Below are positions 24,709 to 35,327 of a DNA stretch of 47,370 nucleotides, one piece after another. This DNA comes from Octopus bimaculoides (lineage: Eukaryota). Location of the stretch: NCBI RefSeq assembly GCF_001194135.2, contig NC_068996.1:46758303-46805672 (forward strand). Direction: 5' to 3'. A program made the translations under genes and the position numbers. Within the stretch, counting starts at the first letter, position 1; each line of letters starts with the position of its first letter. The notes below the pieces were generated by a model. That model made no database searches, had not been told where the DNA came from, and worked only from the letters and a program-made list of their open reading frames with translations.

Positions 24709-24821
24709 TCTCTAATTACTTCAAACTCTCATTTAAAATATCTTTGTGCGTAATAATTCTTAAGACTTCCATATTACATACAAGGCACTTAACAACCTTT
24801 TGCTAAAATAATCTTTTACAG

Positions 24822-25020
24822 AGTATTACAAGAAGAATTTGAGAAACGAGAAGAACTTGAAAGACTGAAGGCAATGCAGGAGCAGCTATTGGCAGAAGAA
24901 CAATCTAAGAGGGAAGGTATTGAAGAGGAAAGGAACAAACAAGCGCAACTTTTGGCTGCAGCCAAACTTCAACTGGAAGAACTTCAAAGAGAGCGCAGTG
25001 TCGCTGATGAACAGCTGCAG
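24822..25020 (+). CDS. SWAP70: SWAP70/DEF6-family exon E (coiled coil), phase 2/0
   Basis: Acceptor atcttttacAG; the first A completes AGA (Arg). Translates VLQEEFEKREELERLKAMQEQLLAEEQSKREGIEEERNKQAQLLAAAKLQLEELQRERSVADEQLQ, with donor GTCAGT at 25021. Phases chain correctly across all five exons. Confidence 0.88.
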
Positions 25021-25435
25021 GTCAGTGGTCAGTACCACCCTACCACACCATTCCTTCCTGATAGACAAACCAATAAAAAAAACATCCTTCTTTTTTAAAT
25101 AAATCCTGGCAGAATTGCTCTTGAATGTTGGAAGTGGGTGGGTGGGGGTATAGAAATGCCTTGCAGCAGTTGTTTTAGAACTTAACATTTCTGAGTTCAA
25201 ATCTCTTTGTTGTAAACTTTTCCTTTCAGCATCCCCAGGGTTAATTCAAAAAAAAAAAAAGAGTTGTCAGTCTGTCAAGTATTAGGGATGATATAATTGA
25301 TTAACTCCATCCCCCTCAAAAATTGCAGGCCTTGTGCCTAAATCAGAAACCATTCATCATCATTTAGCATCAGCTATCCATGCTGGCATGAATTAGATGG
25401 CTGGGTGTTTTTTGTTTTTTTTGTTTTTTTTTTAT

Positions 25436-27523
25436 GGTGACCAGAATATTTCGTCCTGGAATATTCGGTTCCAGAAAATTCCATCCTAGAAATTATTAGT
25501 CAATTATCCATCAAAAGATTAATTAAGCAAATGAAAAAATATATATAAATAAACAGAAGGGTAATTTTATTGAAAAAAATACATAAACCCATGTATAAAA
25601 CAGCAAAAAATATATTTATAATATTACCTTTGTTTAACACAAATTAGGAAAATTTGGTCCCGAAAAATATTGATCTCAGACGTTAATATATTTCTCATGC
25701 AAACATTGATTTAACTAATCAGTATAAATAAAAACCAAAATAGAAGAATAATTTTATTGATTAAAATATAAAAATCATATGTATAAACTAGCAGAAAAAT
25801 AAAGGTAACTTTTGTTTAAACCATCAAAAAATACATATGATCTTTCCTTTTTTCAAACATTTTAAACAAAAATTTAGGAAAATAGATCTGAGAACATTCT
25901 GTCCCTGAAAATTAAACCAAACAATTTAATGAATAAGCAATTGCCTTTAAGAAAGTTAATTTATCATTACTATCATAAGATTGCACAAAGCTTTTTATCT
26001 GCATATCTATTGACTGGTATTTTCTCTTTTTCTATGGATTATCTCCTCTTTGAGCATGAATTATTTTGGTCTGCCTAATGGATTCTTCTTTTCAAAGAGC
26101 ATCAGTAAGCTTCCAGATGTTTGGCTGCTTGCTTGATATTGATGTGCACAATACTGACTGAAACCCCTCAAGAGCATTGTCTATATGAGGCAATTCCTGA
26201 ATTACTTGACTGTAAACATTCCCAAAATTAACTGGATACAAGGGCTCTACTCATCTGCCACGTCTTCCTTTCTTTGGTCCAATGTATGTCAGCTCGAAAT
26301 AGCTTATAAAATCTATTGGAATTGATTCATCCTCACAGAGATCTTCATAAGTATCAATTACTTCTTCTGGTGGTAAATATGCCAGTGCGCAGAACATTTT
26401 AATTTTAGTGGCAAAAGAACCATCAGTATTATATTGAACTTGATATCTGATTTGACATAATTTCCTATATACTGTCTAGCAAAAATGTAATAAACAACCT
26501 ACCTGTGCTTCCAGTAAAATTATGGTCACAGCTGTTATGAATTGCCTGTTCAAAGTCAATCAGTACTTGACGATATTTGATAAAGGGGTGCAGTTTTTTT
26601 TTATTTCAAGAAAAGTCTTGTCCTATGTTGCTTGTTTTTTTTGTTTTTTTTTCTTTTTATTTGTGTCCAGCAGTAGAATGAAAGCTCAAGGATAAGATCT
26701 ACCATTTATGATAGCATGAATGGTGAAAAGCTGATACCATGCACTTGGTGATTATTTGAATGTCATCCATTCCTAAAAATGGTGTTTTCCAGTTGTTGGA
26801 AACCTTCATTAGAAGCAAAGATTAAAATCTTCTTTTCATTATTACTGCCTGCGTCGCATTGCAGGAACAAATCACTGCATTCCAAGTATTTAAAAGAATC
26901 AGGCACTTGAAATCCAGTTTAATGAAGAGGTAAATTTTCCTAGTACCGTTTTTTACGTGCCACCAGCATCAGCCACAACTATTTCACTTGGCTTGTCAGG
27001 TCTTCTCAAGCCTCTCTAAGGCCCACTATTTGAAGATCATGCTTCTCTACCTCACCCCATGTCTTCTTGGATCTTTATTGTGCCAGTTTGTAATACTTCT
27101 GGAAACTGTTTACAACCGTGGAATTTCATATTTCACATTCTCACTACTATTATTTGTAGTTTCTGAAATGAGCGTTCAAGTACTTGTTTCAACTCCATCT
27201 TGCAGCATTTTTTGTTAATGCTGAAATGGCATATCATGCTTCCAATACATTTGGTGCTGGTTTGTGATCATGACTGCTGGTTGTTGAAATAATTATAGGT
27301 TCATCTGGTTTGCGAATCTCACGGAACTAAACTTATTAAAGTTCTAAACATAATTAAGTTCATCACTCAATTTGTCTTTGTTTACTCACTTTTATAATAT
27401 TTTACAGCCGTATTAGGGTTTCTTAAAATTGGAAATATTTGTTATCCTATGGGTGAGGGGACACCATAGTGGGCGAAATGACCAGATACCAATTTAAAAA
27501 GTTGTCTGGGACCAAATTTTCCT
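25436..27523 (-). mobile_element. Decayed Mutator-like (MULE) DNA transposon with a transposase pseudogene (~27330 to ~25970)
   Basis: Minus-strand fragments with stops and frameshifts: ILIFASNEG, WMTFK*SPSAWYQLFTIHAIINGRSYP, VLIDFEQAIHN, VGCLLHFC*TVYRKLCQ, KIKMFCALAYLPPEEVIDTYEDL and SKQPNIWKL. A perfect 16-bp inverted match links aggaaaatttggtccc (25646-25661) and gggaccaaattttcct (27508-27523). Confidence 0.85.
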
Positions 27524-27599
27524 AGTACCGTTTTTTACGTGCCACCAACATGAGTGTCAGTTACATGACATTGGCATCAGCCACAACTATTTCACTTGG

Positions 27600-28085
27600 C
27601 TTGTCAGGTCTTCTCAAGCTTCTCTAAGGCCCACTATTTGAAGATCATGCTTCTCTACATCATCCAATGTCTTCTTGGATCTATTGCTTCCACAAAGATC
27701 TGCACCTTTTACACAGCTGTCCTCGTCCATATGCATCACATCACAATACCAGCACCATTGTCTCTTGTACACCATATCTGATGCCTCTTATGCCCAGTTT
27801 TCTCTTCAGATGCTTACACTCTATCGTACATGCACATCCAGCAAATCATACCAGCTTCATTTCTTTCAAGCCCATGTTTCATTGCTGTGTAGCATGGCTG
27901 TTCACACACAGGCATCATACAATCTGCCCTTCACTCTGAGGGAGAGGCCCTTTCCTACCAAAAGAGGTAGGAGCTCTTTGCACTTTGGCCAGCCTATTCT
28001 TTTTCTCACAGCTACACTATTGGAGCATGCACCTCTGCTTTGGTCACCTAGATAACGGAAGCTATCAACAACTTCTAGCTTTCCC
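27600..28085 (-). mobile_element. RTE-clade LINE, C-terminal RT fragment
   Basis: The minus strand reads LEVVDSFRYLGD...GKGLSLRVKGRLYDACV..MLH..ETWA with frameshifts. Confidence 0.8.
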
Positions 28086-28199
28086 CACTGGCATTTGATG
28101 GAGTCTATTTTCTGTACATTTTTATTTTTTACTGTACCTTTGCACCTTCCTCACACAAAAAGTATTTTCCCTGTAGTGCATTTTTGCTGGTAGCTTATT

Positions 28200-28743
28200 T
28201 CACTGGATAATTGCTGTATAGAGTGTCTTGTTTGTGGGTTGTTTTGTTTAGACTGTACAATTGAATTGGTAGTATTTTGCATAGGATGTTGGCTGTTCCT
28301 AGCAGAACTATTTTTTGGATATTATGTGTTGTTGAGGATCCAAGTATAGCTTCTACTTTTTTGTTCATGTTTTTTTACCATGCCCGATGCTTCAACTATT
28401 GTTGGTATTATTTTCACCTTCATGTCCCACATCTTGAATACTTCAGTTTCGAGGTCTTTGTTCTTTGACAATTTCTCCACTTCTTTTTGGATATTTTGAT
28501 CAGAAGGGACTGCAATGTCTATCAGTAAGTAGGTGATTTTTTTCCCAATCCTTGATTATCATGTCTGGGCAATTAGCGTTTATTTCTTTGTCAGTTTGAA
28601 CTGGCATATCCCAGATGATTGTGGCCTGATCATTGTCTTGTACTTTAGCACATGGTTATACCACCTTTTGTCAGTTTTAATGTTGTAGTGTTGGCATATT
28701 GTCAAGTGGATATAACTTATTCAGTCATGTCTGTGTGTGTGTG

Positions 28744-28775
<32 letters not shown>

Positions 28776-29547
28776 ATAATAATAATATTAGGGATAAAAA
28801 TCCAAATTTACAGGTAAAAACTCAATTAAATTCAAATTATTGAAAATTAAAATTAAATTAAGTTTTACAGTATATGTGACAGTGGGTTTTCATTGATGAG
28901 TTCATGAACCTTGGTTCTTTTCCCTAAAACTATATATATATATATATATATATAAACGATATATGAGTATATGTATATATATGTACATGTATGTACATAC
29001 CTTCATCTACATATAGATACATAACTGGGTACATGACGTGGCAAAAGAACATGGACAAAATGATAAACNNNNNNNNNNCAGTACACATCGTTGAAATGGT
29101 TCTTCCCACGAACACAAATTAAATTATTTTCGTGGAGGGTAGTGGCGGACGGAAAACAGGACAGGAAAACGAAACGGTGAATAAACAAACAAGCAGAAAG
29201 GCTGTACAGCCAGACGTGAAGTGTGTATGTATTGAACGCTGTTAAGCACGAACAGGAGGGGCAAAGAAGTACGTGCGAGCTTGGGGAGTCGAAGAACGAA
29301 AAGAAATAACAGCTGGACACACGTGACCAAGGCTGTGTAAAGAGAAAGAGTAGCAGAGGGAAAAGAAGGGGAGGAAGTAGAATAAAAGTGAGCAACGAGA
29401 GGTAGAGAGAGAGAGAGAGAAAGAGAGATAGCAGTAGCAACGGTGAGAGGCGAACTACGAGTGACGAGATAGAGAAAGAGAGAGATAGTAGTGACAGGTA
29501 GAGGCGAAGAATGAGAGGGAGAGACATATAGATATATATATATATAT

Positions 29548-29584
<37 letters not shown>

Positions 29585-29800
29585 TATATATATATATATA
29601 TATAAAAATATATATTGTGTGTGTTTATTCACATTTGGCAAAGACTAGGCAGCCAGAGATGATGTAGTCAACTCTCTCATGTGCTGGTTGTACATTCTGC
29701 ATTTGGTGTTAAGGCCTGTTTTCATGTTTTTTGTCTCTTTGACCATTTCTGCTATGTTATCATCTGAGATCAGTGTATCAGTGTAGTTTGAGTCTGTTTT
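28200..29800 (-). mobile_element. R4/Dong-type non-LTR element E1 (CCHC + REL endonuclease), split by an insertion at ~28730-29625
   Basis: 29800-29625 gives KCRMYNQH..ERVDYIISGC.VFAKCE. 28730-28200 gives HRHD...IIWDMPVQTDKEINANCPDMIIKDW...LLIDIAVPSDQNIQKEVEKLSK.KDLE...MWDMK...VLLGTANIL, a PD-(D/E)xK pattern. Confidence 0.8.
29080..29520 (-). mobile_element. Unclassified repeat, possibly a Penelope-type UTR, inserted in E1
   Basis: CpG-rich and purine-skewed with a (GA)n end, flanked by (TA)n tracts. The classification is tentative. Confidence 0.35.
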
Positions 29801-29804
29801 GTCA

Positions 29805-30980
29805 CCTCTTTTATCACAGGTCTTGTTGGAGTTCCTGGAGTCTTGCATGCATAGGGGGCTGACTACCTGCAACCTACGGTACCATGCTATTTGTTCTTTT
29901 CAGCTATCTAATACTTTCCTGATTATTTTGGCCATGCCAAAGAGGCAAACCTTTTGTAACAGTTTTACTGGGCACTCTATTCCAATTTCCTTTATATTCT
30001 TCTTGATGCCTTCTGATACTGTTCCAAAGGACCCAACAAGGACCCTTCATTTTCCATAGCCAGGTTATTTTGTAGATTATCAATTATCTGCAGCTCCTTT
30101 TTTGGCTCCCTTTCTGTTCAACGGATAGCAGCCTGCTTTTTTTTACCAAGTATCTATACAGTTCACCAGCTAAAGCGACTGACAATAGTTTCCACGTTAG
30201 CAGAAGGCATGTTATTGGTCTAAAGTTGGATGCAGCATTTCTCTTTTCAGGATCCTTGGCACATAACAATGTCTTTCCCATTGTCATCCAGCTGGGCACT
30301 GTGCCTCCCCGCAAGCACTCATCTAGTTGTTGCACTATCCTTTCATGGAGCCCTCACAGCTTCTTCATCTAATACTCTTGGACACCATTCAGTCCTGATC
30401 TCTTCCAATTTTGGTTCTTGTCTGATTTTTCATCGTTTATGTATTTGCTTCCTAGCATTATTCTTATGCTTTCGTTCTGCAATTCCCCTCGTCTCAAGCT
30501 GTCAACATGTCCTAAACGTCTTTAATTTTGCTCATTTCTCACAAATTCTTCTACACCAGTATGATTCGTTACGTTCTGTCTGTTCTTTTCTTTTGTATCC
30601 AACTCTCTCTGCAGCAACCATAGCTGCAGCCTTAATAATCTTAGTTTCAGTTATATCTCTTGTCTGGAATAGTCCAAGAACTGAATCTATCTTTACGGTT
30701 TCAACCTTGAGCTTGCGTCAGTCAGTGTATCTCAGATTGGGGTGTGCTTGATCCTGGTTTTCTCTAATATATCAGCACAGCATCCTCACTATGTCTTGTT
30801 TGTCATCATTGTATTCTTCTGATATAGCTCTTCCTAATACTTCTGCTTCATTTGCTGAGATGGTATTACTAGTATGACTGTAGTATCATAGACGTCGCAC
30901 AGTATACAATTTGTGATTGAATATATTGTGTCTACTGGTGGTTTGTACTGTTTGTCAAGTCACAACAAGGATTTTGTATG
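29805..30980 (-). mobile_element. R4/Dong-type element E2, internally deleted
   Basis: The minus strand reads an N-terminal block (RKLKVETVKIDSVLG...IIKAAAMVAAERVG...YWCRRI), then the RT start (NWKRSGLNGVQEY..KKL.GLHERIVQQLDECL...GKTLLCAKDP...NFRPITCL...EQKG). It then jumps directly to the C-terminal end (GSFGTVS...IGIECPVKLLQKVCLFGMAKIIRKVLDS*). Confidence 0.85.
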
Positions 30981-31399
30981 ATTATTACAATTATTAAAGC
31001 AGTGAGTTAGCAAAATTATTAACATGTTGGACAAAAATACTTTGCAGCATTTTTTGTTTCAGCTTCATTCCAAGTACAAATTCTACCTTCACACTTGTAC
31101 CAATCTTTTTCAGCCATGTTGGTAGTTGAGTGCAAGAACACAACCAGGAGTATATATGGGTTAAGGCAGAGACCTGGCAAAATTATTAACATGCTGGACA
31201 AAATACTTTTGCAGCATTTTGTTTCCGCTTTGTTCTGGGTTCAAATATCATTGAGGTTGACTTTACCTTTCATCCTTTTGAAGTTGATAAATCAAGTATC
31301 ACTAAAACATGGGGGTTGATGTAATCTAGTCCCGTCCCCCAAAATTTCAGACCTAATGTCTTTACCAGAAAAGATTATTATCATTATTACTATTATATT

Positions 31400-31980
31400 A
31401 TTTGAAAAGTCACAGCTTATTTTGCTGGGTATGATCGATAGTGTCGGCTGTCCATAGCCAGCAGACTAAGGTGACAATTGTTTACTGGTCATGCTTCAAG
31501 AACCCTTTAAAGAATTCTTGCAGTCCCAACCAATGCTGATTTTTGTAGGTGTTCTACCTTCACGCTTGCACCGATCTTTTTCAGCCATGTTGTTAGTTGA
31601 GTGCTAATACTTCCAAGTGCACCAAATACTTTTGCTATCACGTCCACTCTTTTCATTGACCACAACCTTCGTATTTCCTATTTTAAATCATGTTTTTTTT
31701 TTGTTTTTCTTTTACATTGAACCTGTTGTCACTGGGACATGCTATGTCGATAATCATACATGGTCTTTTTCATTCACCACAACCATGTCTAGTCTGGTGA
31801 TCACACTGGATCATTACATCCCACAGGATTTTGTAGTTCTTATTTTCAATGACTCCATCTGGGGTTTGTTTGTACCACGTCTTTGCTCTTTGTAAGCCAT
31901 GATTTCCACAGAGCTCCCAGTGGATCATTCTTGCCACATTCTCATGGCATCGTTTGTATTTGTGTTGTACCAATTTCGGG
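31400..31980 (-). mobile_element. R4/Dong-type element E3, 3' end (REL endonuclease)
   Basis: KYKRCHENVARMIHWELC...KILWDVMIQCDH..TRLDMVVVNEK...MIIDIACPSDNRF...EIRRLWSM...GALGSI...LQKSALVGTARIL, followed by a TAA-rich tract at 31375-31402. Confidence 0.85.
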
Positions 31981-32355
31981 CATTTGCTAACAATATGCCA
32001 TGAGAGGGAGTTAGAAACGGCTATTTCCTTGCATGTTGAAAAAAATAGATGCTTTAATGAAACATCTATAATTCACCTTGATACAAAAAAGATGTCAGCG
32101 GGCGAGATGAACAGAATAATTTTTCAAAAATTACTGAGAGTTAATAGCGTACCAAAGTTTCGGGTTTAACTTACAAATTAAATAAATTAATTTTTAAAAG
32201 ATTGGTTTAAATTAAATTTGTCAAGTATGACCTTCTTCAGCACTATCCCTCCATATTTGCGTAAAAAATATATTAAAAAAAATATGACCTTATTCGTTCA
32301 CAGCCATTCGAATTTAAAGGTATCAAATCATTTCAAAGCAAGAGTGAAAGAAAGC

Positions 32356-32394
<39 letters not shown>

Positions 32395-32399
32395 CTAAG

Positions 32400-33110
32400 A
32401 TAGTGGTGCAAGAATGCACCGATATTTACTGGAAATAGCAGTCAATGATATACAACACTATAGTAAAGTTTNNNNNNNNNNTATTCTCCCTTCCACCCTG
32501 CTTTTTTCCTGTGCGTCTATAGACACGTACATAGAACCTTATGTGTGCACTTGTGGATGTGTGCGGGTATGTGTGTGTATATAGATGGATGTGCGTGCAT
32601 GTGAGAATATGCACATATAGACGCGTTTTGCCCTTATAGCTTTTTCACACTTTTTTCTGTATTTTGCTTTTAGCCCTGTTTTTTTCTCGACCATGTGTGT
32701 ATATTGACGTGTGTATGGACCTTTTTTGCGAGCGTGTTGTGTGTGGGTGTGTATGCGGGTATACTCTTACATGCAGGTATATATATGTATGTATATATAT
32801 ATTGGGTGGGTGACCGTGTGTTTCAAGCGAGGGTGGATAAGATTATAAAATATAAGCACATGTATGAGCTGGTGCACTTACGCGAATACTATGAACATTT
32901 TTACTTCTTTACCTTTACTCCCTCCCCTTAGTGGTCATTCTAATAGCTCTTTTGTCTTAATAACGGTCAACCACAGAGTAATTTCCCTTTGTTTAACGGT
33001 CATTTTCATACCATTTTTTCGATGGCCAGATAACTGAAGAGATGCCGGTGTGGGTTTCCGCCCCGACATCCGAAACTCGTTTTATCATGGCTACTGAATA
33101 ATTGTCACAT
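32400..33110 (+). mobile_element. Non-coding element carrying the hammerhead, probably Penelope-like derived
   Basis: CpG-containing GT-rich body that begins after a (TA)n tract and ends just after the hammerhead. The assignment is inferred from the known PLE-hammerhead association. Confidence 0.5.
33025..33091 (+). ncRNA. Type I hammerhead ribozyme fold (minimal helix III, Penelope-associated type)
   Basis: Helix I: gcca-gataa (33025-33033) pairs with ttatc-a-tggc (33082-33091). The core is CTGAAGA (33034-33040). Stem II is 33041-33053/33058-33070 with a GTTT loop and one extra C, followed by GAAA (33072-33075). Helix III is AC-tc-GT and the triplet is GTT (33079-33081). Activity is untested. 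Confidence 0.75.
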
Positions 33111-33134
33111 ATTTTTACAGATATATACAGATAT

Positions 33135-33430
33135 ATGTATATTTTTACAGATATATGGAAGGCCCATTATGAACATTTCAGAGTGCTTGGGTGTCAATCT
33201 GAGGACAGTGCAAAACTTCTCATTTCACATTGCTCTTTTCTACTTGGCTGTAAATCTGCAATTGGGTAACCTGGCAATGGACTGGTTTCCCATTCAGCAG
33301 GCAATGTTGGCCTGCTCATCTAGCCAATAGAATGACATCATTCAACAGCGAAAAATATTTTGTGAAGAAGTGCATTCTGGTTGGTGATGTGCCAAAACTG
33401 CAAAGATAATCTGGAACTTGACTGAGGAAA
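33135..33430 (+). mobile_element. SINE family E copy (Meta/V-like central domain)
   Basis: tcatttcacattgctc...gtaaatctgcaattgggtaacctggcaatggactggtttcccattcagcagg; the same family lies at 37220-37510, 41920-42200 and 45465-45755. Confidence 0.65.
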
Positions 33431-33499
33431 GAAAACTCCAAATGACCCGTCTTTTCGTCTTTTCCCTTTTTTTGTATCATCTAACTGTCTGGATGTTTT

Positions 33500-33990
33500 G
33501 CGTTCTTGTCCGATTTTGTGCATTCTTTTATATATTCCTCACTCTCGCCACCCTCACCTCCCAACACCATCACACCACACCACATGCCACCACAACATAC
33601 ACCACATCACATCACACCACCATGCACTGACAACTTCCCAGCCCCGCATCGTCACACATACACACGCACACGTCAAGATCACCAGCCCTCTTCCACACGC
33701 ACATACATACTCTTATACACGCGCACTTTCATTTTGCGATCACCACTACTTTATTATCTCCCCTTCTTCCTAGCTCTCTTGTGTGACCTTTCTGTCCGGC
33801 ATTCGCCATGAAAGATCGCTAGCCACTACACATTCTTTATTTTCTCTCCTTGTTTTTTCTGTGTTCCTTTCTGTGGAAGAGCGTAGGCTCGAAACGTTAA
33901 AGACTTTTTCACTTCCTGAGCATTAAACTAATACATCTGTTTGTTGTCTACACCACCTGTCTTCGTCTTTTGTTTTTTTTTGTGAATTCT
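33500..33990 (+). mobile_element. Penelope-like terminal repeat/3' UTR
   Basis: Contains gaagagcgtaggctcgaaacgt (33876-33897), a GAAACG motif typical of PLE termini, and lies next to PLE coding remnants. Confidence 0.6.
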
Positions 33991-33999
33991 CCCCATATA

Positions 34000-34563
34000 T
34001 TACACACTCACGTGGTCGCACCAGTTGATCCTGTCTCCTCTCATCACCTAACGAACTTTTAAGGATTCTCCACCCGGACATTCTACTCTCGTACACTTCA
34101 ACTGCACCTCTCCTGCCCATGGATTACACTGGGCTCCTCTGTTGATGAAAAAGTCGCTCCAATACATGATGTTCAAAGCTTTTGAACCTTTTGAACTTTA
34201 AGTAACTTTTTTATACTTTCTAAACTTTTTTTGTACTTTCTGCTTTTTCCTATTGTCGTTTCTTCCTACTCTGGTCGTTCTTACTCTATTTTCTCTAATC
34301 CACACCTGTTACCTTGCCTCTCTCTCCCTCACTTTCTTTTCCCCTTTCGCCTTCTCTTCTCCCCTTCTCCCTTTTCTCTCTGCTTCTTCCATCTTCATCC
34401 TTTCTTTCCCTGTTTTTATTTTCTTCTCCCACTTCTCATATATATATATATATATATATATTTATTTATATATTTCGCCTCAAGCCTTTTGCATTTTTTC
34501 TCTTCATGCCTTTTATTTTCTCTCCCCACACCTTTTGAATTTTTCCTCCCCATGTCTTTATTT
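34000..34563 (+). mobile_element. Penelope-like 3' end (GIY-YIG C-terminal remnant plus a CT-rich UTR)
   Basis: Remnants VHFNCTSPAHGLHW and QYMMFKAFEPFEL resemble the PLE endonuclease C-terminus. Confidence 0.5.
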
Positions 34564-35327
34564 NNNNNNNNNNNNNNNNNNNNNNNNNNNNNNNNNNNNN
34601 NNNNNNNNNNNNNNNNNNNNNNNNNNNNNNNNNNNNNNNNNNNNNNNNNNNNNNNNNNNNNNNNNNNNNNNNNNNNNNNNNNNNNNNNNNNNNNNNNNNN
34701 NNNNNNNNNNNNNNNNNNNNNNNNNNNNNNNNNNNNNNNNNNNNNNNNNNNNNNNNNNNNNNNNNNNNNNNNNNNNNNNNNNNNNNNNNNNNNNNNNNNN
34801 NNNNNNNNNNNNNNNNNNNNNNNNNNNNNNNNNNNNNNNNNNNNNNNNNNNNNNNNNNNNNNNNNNNNNNNNNNNNNNNNNNNNNNNNNNNNNNNNNNNN
34901 NNNNNNNNNNNNNNNNNNNNNNNNNNNNNNNNNNNNNNNNNNNNNNNNNNNNNNNNNNNNNNNNNNNNNNNNNNNNNNNNNNNNNNNNNNNNNNNNNNNN
35001 NNNNNNNNNNNNNNNNNNNNNNNNNNNNNNNNNNNNNNNNNNNNNNNNNNNNNNNNNNNNNNNNNNNNNNNNNNNNNNNNNNNNNNNNNNNNNNNNNNNN
35101 NNNNNNNNNNNNNNNNNNNNNNNNNNNNNNNNNNNNNNNNNNNNNNNNNNNNNNNNNNNNNNNNNNNNNNNNNNNNNNNNNNNNNNNNNNNNNNNNNNNN
35201 NNNNNNNNNNNNNNNNNNNNNNNNNNNNNNNNNNNNNNNNNNNNNNNNNNNNNNNNNNNNNNNNNNNNNNNNNNNNNNNNNNNNNNNNNNNNNNNNNNNN
35301 NNNNNNNNNNNNNNNNNNNNNNNNNNN

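Noticed and set aside
30230-30751. 173-aa + strand ORF
   Set aside because: It is the antisense shadow of the R4/Dong-type element on the minus strand.
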